Position numbers and translations under genes: made by a program. Source: Candidatus Velamenicoccus archaeovorus (GTDB taxonomy: Bacteria > Omnitrophota > Gorgyraeia > Velamenicoccales > Velamenicoccaceae). From it: a DNA stretch of 32,000 bases. Location of the stretch: positions 900,001 to 932,000 of the forward strand of contig NZ_CP019384.1 in the NCBI RefSeq assembly GCF_004102945.1. The letters run 5' to 3'. Within the stretch, counting starts at the first letter, position 1, and each line of letters begins with the position of its first letter. The notes under the pieces are model-generated. The model made no database searches. It saw only the letters and a list, made by a program, of their open reading frames with translations, and was not told the origin of the DNA. This document shows positions 24,159-30,608 of the stretch, piece after piece.

Positions 24159-25058
24159 ATGGATATTGCAACCGTAACGCTTTCCTTTGTCCCGCTGCTT
24201 GTGATCCTGGGGGTCCGGACGAGTTATTCGGACCTCAGGAAAGGGATCGTCAAGAACTGGGATCTTGTTTTTACCTTGTTTGCCGCAACGGCCCTTTATG
24301 GGTATCTTATTGTATACCATGGGGTTCAGATAGATCCCGTTCTCTTTATCGGAAACTTCTGCATTGCGGCAAGCTTCGGGCTGATCCTCTATTTTACCGA
24401 TTGCTGGGGGGCCGGTGACGCAAAACTCTTCATTGTCTATTCATTGATGGTCCCCTTTCCCGCCGACAGGGCTGTCCTGCCGTTTTCTGCTTTTGTCATC
24501 TTTGCCAATACGATCATGATCGCCTGCGGTGCCGTTATCCTTTTGTCGCTGAAGGACGTGATCCGTTCTTTTCCCCAATGCCTCCAGCGGTTGTTTTCCC
24601 TGAAGACATTGAAGCGGCTGATGATTTCATTTTCGCTCCTTTTGAGCATCAGCTGGGTCGTCCCCTATCTCTTGGGTTTTTTTGGCGCCCATGCCTCGCC
24701 TCTCATTTTTATCCTGTTGACCTATCTGCTTTATTCCGGATTGCATTCCATTTTGCGTTTTTTCAAGTCTTACGCGTTATTTTCTGTGGTTGTATTATGC
24801 GGTATCGGGATCCGCTTTTGGCTGTTTCCTCATCCGCTGGAGGTCCTCTCGTCCCTTTTGCTCAGCTTCAGAAAGATCATCCTGGTGACTTTCTTTTTTG
24901 GCCTTCTGGACATTTTTTTCCAGGCAGATGAAGTTGAGAAGAAAAAGACGAATGATGATTCGATCATCCTGGCCCCCCACATGTTCCTCGGTGTCATGCT
25001 GACCCAGACACATTTCTTAAAGGGAGTCATGAAACTCATGAACTATATCTGGAGATGA
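24159..25058 (+). CDS. Polytopic membrane protein, prepilin peptidase (A24 aspartic protease)-like
   Basis: The two family signatures are present: SYSDLRKGIVKNW (first Asp) and CWGAGDAKLFIVYSL (GxGD-type second Asp). There are multiple hydrophobic segments. Its stop overlaps the next ATG (ATGA). Confidence 0.65.
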   Translation: MDIATVTLSFVPLLVILGVRTSYSDLRKGIVKNWDLVFTLFAATALYGYLIVYHGVQIDPVLFIGNFCIAASFGLILYFTDCWGAGDAKLFIVYSLMVPFPADRAVLPFSAFVIFANTIMIACGAVILLSLKDVIRSFPQCLQRLFSLKTLKRLMISFSLLLSISWVVPYLLGFFGAHASPLIFILLTYLLYSGLHSILRFFKSYALFSVVVLCGIGIRFWLFPHPLEVLSSLLLSFRKIILVTFFFGLLDIFFQADEVEKKKTNDDSIILAPHMFLGVMLTQTHFLKGVMKLMNYIWR

Positions 25059-26335
25059 CCATGCCGGTCCTGGCGGTTTTGCTGAAAAAAATGACGTTGA
25101 CCGGTGCACGGGTCCGCAAGGAGGGGCGCCTCATAGAGGTTTGCGTCGGTCGAGCCGATCCTTTCAGGGTGCGTTCCCTGGCTTATCTGCTGCTTAACGG
25201 CTTTGAGCGCAGGTATTTTATCGTGGTGCGGGAAATGCCCTATTGCCTGATGCCGGATGCCTGGGATCATATTCCGTCGTCTGCGGGCGATGCAGTCCGC
25301 GATCGCCGTTGCCGGAGCTGCCGTTTCCACCTGTCTTGCCTCGGACCTAAGCGCCGTGTCGTTCCTGCCGCACAAAAGGATGCGCCGCGGGAGGTGGCTT
25401 TTGAACTCACGGATCGTTGTAATCTGCGTTGCCGGACGTGTTTCCATGCTACGGGTTCAAGACGGCTTGCGCTTGAGCGGGTCATCGCCGTTATGAAGGC
25501 GATGAAGCGGGCAGGGGTCCCGCAGGTCCGCTTCACGGGCGGAGAACCGTTGTTGTATCCCGGCCTCCGGCCGGCTGTGCTGACGGCGAAAAAGATGGGA
25601 CTAGAGGTGCTTTTGAATACCAATGCAACATTGATCAACCAAGAGGATGCGGAGTTCCTGGCATGCCATCTCGACGATATCCTGGTGTCGTGTCAGGGGT
25701 GCGATGGGGCTACTGAGGAATATTTGACAGGCGGCGGAAGATTTTTTGCGGATAAATTGCGTCATATTCGCATGTTGACGCGCCGCAACCTTCCTCTGCG
25801 CGCAGGAACGATCGTGACGCAGACATTAATTGAACGTCTGCCGGATTACCTCAGTCTTTTGCAATCCTTGGGGGTCGGCCGGTGGGAGCTCTACAGGCCT
25901 CTGCCCACCTCCTTTTCTCAAAAGAGGGGCATGGTTTCGAGAGATGATTTCAGGAGGCTGCTGGCGCGTTTAAGTGTTTATAGGGGGGATATGTCGATCA
26001 AGTTCGCAAACCCCGTCCCCTTTTGCATGGCGGATGACCTTGCGGCGAGTTGTCACTTATTGACCGGAGGATTTTGGGACGACGGCCACAGCCGTCTTGT
26101 TATGGATGCCGGAGGGCATTTCAAGCCAAGTTATGCCCTCGATACGGATCTTGGCACCGATATGTTGAAAGCCTGGCGTCATTCCGCATTAACGCCCCTC
26201 CGCTCTCTTTCTTATCTGTCTCCGAGGTGCCGGGAATGCGCCTATGTTTATTGGTGCAGGGGCGGCAGCCGATTGTGGGCCCGGCACGGCAGAGGCAGTA
26301 TCTGGTCCGAAGATCCGTGGATGTCTCATGAATAA
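25055..26335 (+). CDS. Radical SAM enzyme with an N-terminal Cys-rich extension and a C-terminal SPASM-like CX2CX5C
   Basis: FELTDRCNLRCRTC is the rSAM box at residues 122-129, followed by FTGGEPLL. The N-terminal 110 aa contain MPYC...CRSCRFHLSC. The C-terminus carries CRECAYVYWCRGG. Confidence 0.85.
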   Translation: MTMPVLAVLLKKMTLTGARVRKEGRLIEVCVGRADPFRVRSLAYLLLNGFERRYFIVVREMPYCLMPDAWDHIPSSAGDAVRDRRCRSCRFHLSCLGPKRRVVPAAQKDAPREVAFELTDRCNLRCRTCFHATGSRRLALERVIAVMKAMKRAGVPQVRFTGGEPLLYPGLRPAVLTAKKMGLEVLLNTNATLINQEDAEFLACHLDDILVSCQGCDGATEEYLTGGGRFFADKLRHIRMLTRRNLPLRAGTIVTQTLIERLPDYLSLLQSLGVGRWELYRPLPTSFSQKRGMVSRDDFRRLLARLSVYRGDMSIKFANPVPFCMADDLAASCHLLTGGFWDDGHSRLVMDAGGHFKPSYALDTDLGTDMLKAWRHSALTPLRSLSYLSPRCRECAYVYWCRGGSRLWARHGRGSIWSEDPWMSHE

Positions 26336-27059
26336 ATTCATTTTTGTCCGCGATGACGATGTCTGGCGTCTCTCCCGCTCTTTCCGCGCTTTTTTTGATT
26401 ATTGCTTTGACCATGATATCCCGGTCGTGTATGCCGTCATCCCGGCAAAGATGCAGCCGGGCCTTGTGCGTTTTTTGAGGAAGAGGAAGAAAGAAAAACC
26501 GAAGATGCTCGATATCGTCCAGCATGGATGGCGTCATGCAGACCATCGCTTGAAAAATGAGACGGTCCTGGGGAGGGGGAAATATGAATTCGGCCCTTCC
26601 CGTTCTTATCTTGTTCAGAGACGCGATATTCTTGAGGGGCGGTCGAAAATGATAGAAGCTTTTAGGGACGACTTTGTGGACGCCTTCGTCCCTCCTTTTC
26701 ACGGATACGACAAGGCGACATTGCGGATAGTGGAAGAGTGCGACTTTGGGATGTTTTCCGCCCGCAAAAAAGAGATTTTTCCTCAAGGGCGCGTCCTGTC
26801 CCTTCCCGTAGATATTTCTATCCCCGCAGGGGATCAGGCATTTGACTTGCGCGGGTTCATGAATATCCTTTGGAAGCGCATGAAAGGCCCTGGTCGGGTG
26901 GTGGGCGTGTTGAGTCATCACGAAAAGCTGGGGAACGTACGCTTGCGCCAAGACACCTTCACTTTCTTGTCGGCGCTCAAGAAGCTCCAGAATGAAGGGG
27001 TTTGCCGCTTGACGACCTTTTCAAGGATGCGGCGGCAGGGCGACGCGAGGGGTTATTGA
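26328..27059 (+). CDS. NodB/CE4-like polysaccharide deacetylase-family protein
   Basis: FVRDDDV (metal-binding DD motif), QHGWRHADH (HxxxH-like) and FVPPFHGYD fit the order of the CE4 motifs. ATG 26328 overlaps the upstream stop by 8 nt. The ORF-track start at 26244 is unsupported. Confidence 0.5.
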   Translation: MNKFIFVRDDDVWRLSRSFRAFFDYCFDHDIPVVYAVIPAKMQPGLVRFLRKRKKEKPKMLDIVQHGWRHADHRLKNETVLGRGKYEFGPSRSYLVQRRDILEGRSKMIEAFRDDFVDAFVPPFHGYDKATLRIVEECDFGMFSARKKEIFPQGRVLSLPVDISIPAGDQAFDLRGFMNILWKRMKGPGRVVGVLSHHEKLGNVRLRQDTFTFLSALKKLQNEGVCRLTTFSRMRRQGDARGY

Positions 27060-27826
27060 TAGAGGGTCTTGACTTTTTTGTCCAGGCACTTTGTTTTGGT
27101 CTTTGGATCCTGGATGTATTCGCAGAGATCGGGAGAATTGTGGTTTTTGGCGGCATAGAAATAGGCGAAATCGTTTAGGTATTGTTCGGCGATCTCCGAT
27201 GGCCTGCGCGTATCAAAAAAGACATCGCACACCGTCTCGCCCTTGCCTTTGATCCCCTTGCTGAATTTCTCGCAGGCCAGTTTGCTGCGATAGTATTTAT
27301 AGCCGAAAAAGACGCCCATCTGCATGTAGTATTCGTTCCTGTCAAGGGGCCTGCCGGCAATGATATCAAGGGCTTGGCTGGCGAGGGGAAGGTTATCCGT
27401 TAAAAATGCCGTGCAGATGTCCCGATGGGCCGCTTCCTTCAGGGATTGGCAGGTGTTCGTCTTATAGGCATTGCAAATGTTCCTGGCGTATTCTTTTTTG
27501 ACATCGTTGCAATTTCCCTCGGCTTCATTTTTGATGACGATCAGGGCCTTTGCCAATTCTTCGCAGGTTTCGCCGCCCTCGTTTAATTCTTTGCACATGT
27601 CCGGATTGCCTTCGCGCGCCGCCGTGAATGTCACGATGTATTGAAAATCATAGCTCTTCCTGATGCCTTCCTTGATCGCTTCGATTTCTTTTTCTTGCTC
27701 GGGCGTGATAGGGACGGCCCTCTGGGAAAGATGCTCTTCTGGCGTGGTCGTTTCTCCCGTTCGTGCGAAACCGAAGACCAGTCCGGTCAGTGTCAGCGAC
27801 AAAAGGATAAGGGTAAATTTTTTCAT
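27053..27826 (-). CDS. Secreted Cys-rich protein of unknown function
   Basis: From ATG 27826 the sequence MKKFTLILLSLTLTGLVFGFA looks like a signal peptide. The mature part contains 10 Cys in spaced pairs (DMC..ETC, GNC..NIC..NTC..DIC, LAC..TVC, DLC..TKC). The start lies 4 nt after the stop of the HxS-repeat gene. Confidence 0.6.
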   Translation of the reverse strand: MKKFTLILLSLTLTGLVFGFARTGETTTPEEHLSQRAVPITPEQEKEIEAIKEGIRKSYDFQYIVTFTAAREGNPDMCKELNEGGETCEELAKALIVIKNEAEGNCNDVKKEYARNICNAYKTNTCQSLKEAAHRDICTAFLTDNLPLASQALDIIAGRPLDRNEYYMQMGVFFGYKYYRSKLACEKFSKGIKGKGETVCDVFFDTRRPSEIAEQYLNDFAYFYAAKNHNSPDLCEYIQDPKTKTKCLDKKVKTLYQ

Positions 27827-27830
27827 AGGC

Positions 27831-28103
27831 TTAATATGAACCATGGCTTGAATGTGAATAATGGCTGACGTGGTCGATCTTGACGCAACGCGTCGAGTAT
27901 GGCGTGATCCCGAGATTGTTGGCATGCGAGCTGTGGTTGGTGTGTCCGGCAATCAGGTTGGCGGAGAAAGCGCTCAGGATGCCGAGGGCAGAAATCGTCC
28001 CCAATCCGATCTTGAGGATTTTTTCCTTGGAAACAAAACCGGATTCATCTTTGATAAATTCATGCAGGGTTTTTTCGATTTTTCTCTTTTTTTTGGGCCC
28101 CAT
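27831..28103 (-). CDS. His-Xaa-Ser repeat protein (HxsA-like candidate precursor/substrate)
   Basis: A 90-codon ORF with a strong AAGGAG 5 nt upstream of ATG 28103. The C-terminus HVS-HYS-HSS-HGS-Y has four tandem H-x-S units (nt 27837-27872), and an upstream HSS unit is also present. The N-terminus is Lys-rich and is followed by a hydrophobic segment. The gene lies directly downstream of an rSAM/SPASM gene. Confidence 0.7.
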   Translation of the reverse strand: MGPKKKRKIEKTLHEFIKDESGFVSKEKILKIGLGTISALGILSAFSANLIAGHTNHSSHANNLGITPYSTRCVKIDHVSHYSHSSHGSY

Positions 28104-28157
28104 GCGCTCTCCTTAATTAATGCCGCCAAAAAGATGTTAAGCCTGTTTGCCGGGTAA

Positions 28158-28204
28158 CCTGTTGGCCGGTATGTCTGTATACGGGTTGCCCTGTGGGCCG
28201 GTAT
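28158..28204. repeat. Direct repeat CCTGTKGGCCGGTATG x2 (32-bp period) within a cluster of RRCCGGT motifs
   Basis: Positions 28158-28173 and 28190-28205 are identical at 15 of 16 positions. Further GGCCGGTT, AGCCGGTT and AACCGGTT copies lie at 28205-28245. All of this sits in the 154-bp gap between the rSAM/SPASM gene and the HxS-repeat gene. Confidence 0.6.
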
Positions 28205-28257
28205 GGCCGGTTAGCCGGTTTACTCGCTCACCCGCTAACCGGTTCACGAATCCTCCG

Positions 28258-29694
28258 CTATGCCAGCCAGGAAAGAAAGACTTCTTTGTTCCTGGCATCT
28301 TCCAGTATTCTATCAAAAATATATCTGATTTGGAAAGTAAAAATTTTATGAAGTCCCGATGCCTTGATCTTGGGCACGAGACTGTTGTTTTGCGCGTAAT
28401 TCAGGACTGGGCATGTTCCCAGCCACGGCAGGAAAGCCGTATTGTAGTCCCACAGATCCATCAGGGAAGCCTCGCAGAGGCAGAAGACATTGTTGCTCTT
28501 CATCACCGTCTGGTAATCGTCCTTGAGGATATTGCCGAGCCGGAACATGCTCTCGCCGACCATGCGCGCCTCGTCACAAGGATAGATGTCGCCGTTCGGC
28601 ATATACGCCAGGACGGCCCTGCCCGCCCCGCAGGGGCTCATCATGTCGACGTAGCCCGGATTTTCCTTTTTGAAGATCTTCGACAGGATGACGGCGCAGA
28701 GGCGTTCCTGGATCTTGAGGCCTTTCTTGTTTAATTCCAGGATATGATCCATCGCCTGCGTCCAGAAGGCGAGGAATTCTTCGGCCGTATATCCGATCGC
28801 GTCCCATTGATCTTTGGCAAGGCCGAGCCTTGACAAAGGGCGCAGCGCGATCCTTTCGCTCCCCAGCGAGATGTATTCGTCGATGATCTTTTCGGGTTCC
28901 TGCAGACTGCGGCGCGTGATCGTGCATAAAAGATTGACGCTGTGCGGCAGGCCGTGTTGTTTGTAGATCTTTTTCGTCCTTGCGACGGCGTCCTTGACGA
29001 TATCATAGGCGTCCTTGCCGGATCCGATGACCCGGTTATGGTTATGCACGGAGGCCGGACCGTCGAAAGAGAAACAGATGCCGACATTGTGTTTGGCGAG
29101 ATAGGAGATTTTTTTGTCGTCCAGGAGGGTGCCGTTGGTCACCAGGCTGATGGCGAGGTGCTTGTTGCCCGTATTGATGCGTTGGGCGTTCTCGGTGATG
29201 AATTTGATGATGTCCCAGTTGAGGAGCGGTTCGCCCCCCTGGAATTCGATATTGGCATAAGGATTCTGGGTGTCGAAAACATATTTCAGGACCCTTGAGG
29301 CGACTTCGATCGTCATATCCTGCGGCGCGTTGTTTTTTGTCTGACAATAGAGGCAATTCATGTTGCAGCGTGTCGTGACGACCGCGATGTGCAGGGATGT
29401 GTCATTGAAGAGATGGCTGTGGAGGCGTCTGTACGTTTCTATCAGGCTTTTTATGGAGTTTTCGTCTGCGATGATGCCTGCTTTGAGCAGCCGCTTGAAG
29501 AGGCCTGTTTGTTCCCCTAGGTCATTGCTTTCGAGCCGAACAAATTCCTTGCGATCCAGCATGTCCCAGGAACCGAAGAGATTGCTGACAAGATAATGGT
29601 TTTTGATGCGTTCGATGTTGTAAGGCAGGATAGCCCAGGTGTTTTTTTCCGTTTTTTTCATTTCACTCCTTGATGATTCCGCTTTGGGCGGCAT
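28258..29694 (-). CDS. Radical SAM/SPASM maturase, HxsB-like by context
   Basis: VVTTRCNMNCLYC is the rSAM box, followed by FQGGEPLL. CGAGRAVLAYMPNGDIYPC is a CX12GX4C motif, followed by further Cys (FCLCE, GTCP). There is a pre-rSAM N-terminal domain of about 100 aa. An alternative start at ATG 29661 has AAGGAG 4 nt upstream. Confidence 0.75.
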   Translation of the reverse strand: MPPKAESSRSEMKKTEKNTWAILPYNIERIKNHYLVSNLFGSWDMLDRKEFVRLESNDLGEQTGLFKRLLKAGIIADENSIKSLIETYRRLHSHLFNDTSLHIAVVTTRCNMNCLYCQTKNNAPQDMTIEVASRVLKYVFDTQNPYANIEFQGGEPLLNWDIIKFITENAQRINTGNKHLAISLVTNGTLLDDKKISYLAKHNVGICFSFDGPASVHNHNRVIGSGKDAYDIVKDAVARTKKIYKQHGLPHSVNLLCTITRRSLQEPEKIIDEYISLGSERIALRPLSRLGLAKDQWDAIGYTAEEFLAFWTQAMDHILELNKKGLKIQERLCAVILSKIFKKENPGYVDMMSPCGAGRAVLAYMPNGDIYPCDEARMVGESMFRLGNILKDDYQTVMKSNNVFCLCEASLMDLWDYNTAFLPWLGTCPVLNYAQNNSLVPKIKASGLHKIFTFQIRYIFDRILEDARNKEVFLSWLA

Positions 29695-29834
29695 GAGATC
29701 CTTTTTGTTTCTCTTTCTTGTTTCTAGTTTAGTGTCTCTAACGCTTCTTTATCCTGTATCAGCCCTGAACCAGACTGAGCGCTCCATGAAGAACATTTCG
29801 CAGTCGATTCAGGACGGTGCAGGATCTCGCTGTG

Positions 29835-29877
29835 CACAAAGAAAATAGAAGCCGCCGGATCCTGCCGGCGGAGCTTC
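29835..29877 (-). terminator. Rho-independent terminator
   Basis: The minus strand reads GAAG-ct-CCGCCGG caggat CCGGCGG-CTTC (11-bp GC-rich stem, 2-nt bulge, 6-nt loop) followed by TATTTTCTTTGTG. It lies about 50 nt after the stop at 29927. Confidence 0.7.
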
Positions 29878-29926
29878 ACATTTCGCAAGAACAATAGAAA
29901 ATCGAAAATAGACCGCAGACACCATA

Positions 29927-30259
29927 TTAGAGATGGCGCCGCGCGGCAAAGGTGAACGGAGAAAAATATCTTCTCCAGGCATTCTCTGTGGACCGGAATT
30001 GATTGGAACCGGCAAAGAAATCCACGATCGCCTCGCGCAAACGCGCCAGCTCTTTGAGGCGGGCCTTGCCGGAGACATTGTCCAGAGTCAAGTCGATCAG
30101 CTCAAGAGACCGTTCGAATGCCATTTGGCTGTAGGCCGGATTTTGTTTTTTTTTCCAGCTCAAGGCCCTCTCCACCTCGCTTCCGATATGGGCCATTTGT
30201 TCCAAAAACGGCAGGCGGCCCCATCGCCCCTGCGCAAGTTCTTTGTGATGCAGGTTCAT
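29927..30259 (-). CDS. Hypothetical helical protein (partner of the DUF5674-like gene)
   Basis: A 110-codon ORF with an ATGA overlap on the upstream gene. LPFLEQMAHIGSEVERALSW is vaguely MazG/all-alpha NTP-PPase-like. I cannot assign a family with confidence. Confidence 0.5.
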   Translation of the reverse strand: MNLHHKELAQGRWGRLPFLEQMAHIGSEVERALSWKKKQNPAYSQMAFERSLELIDLTLDNVSGKARLKELARLREAIVDFFAGSNQFRSTENAWRRYFSPFTFAARRHL

Positions 30260-30597
30260 TGTTGGACCCTTTTTCTGACGACGGCGATGATTTTTTTGCG
30301 CATGCCTTCATCCTCAACCCCGAGGCTTCTATTGTTTTGAGAAGGACGCATGTTGATCATGGAATCAAATTCTATATGGTCGTCTCCTGGAATGTCGGGA
30401 TAAAGATTGATTCCCCAGAGGCTATTCTGTTTTGACCCCGCATCCAAAAGCATCGCTTCCAGGTCGGAATGAAGCTCGGCATCGACGGCAAGAAGTTCCT
30501 TGTCGACATCGACGACGGCTTTGACGAGGTTTCCGAACCTGCGGACTGCCATGCCTTTCAATTCATCTAAGGTTAATTTTTCGGAGATGATTTTCAT
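30256..30597 (-). CDS. DUF5674-like protein
   Basis: From ATG 30597: MKIISEKLTLDELKGMAVRRFGNLVKAVVDVDKELLAVDAELHSDLEAMLLDAGSKQNSLWGINLYP...FDSMINMRPSQNNRS. This matches my recollection of the DUF5674 family consensus. The ORF-track start at 30672 would overlap the upstream rSAM gene. Confidence 0.55.
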   Translation of the reverse strand: MKIISEKLTLDELKGMAVRRFGNLVKAVVDVDKELLAVDAELHSDLEAMLLDAGSKQNSLWGINLYPDIPGDDHIEFDSMINMRPSQNNRSLGVEDEGMRKKIIAVVRKRVQQ

Positions 30598-30608
30598 TCG
30601 AGCTGTTC

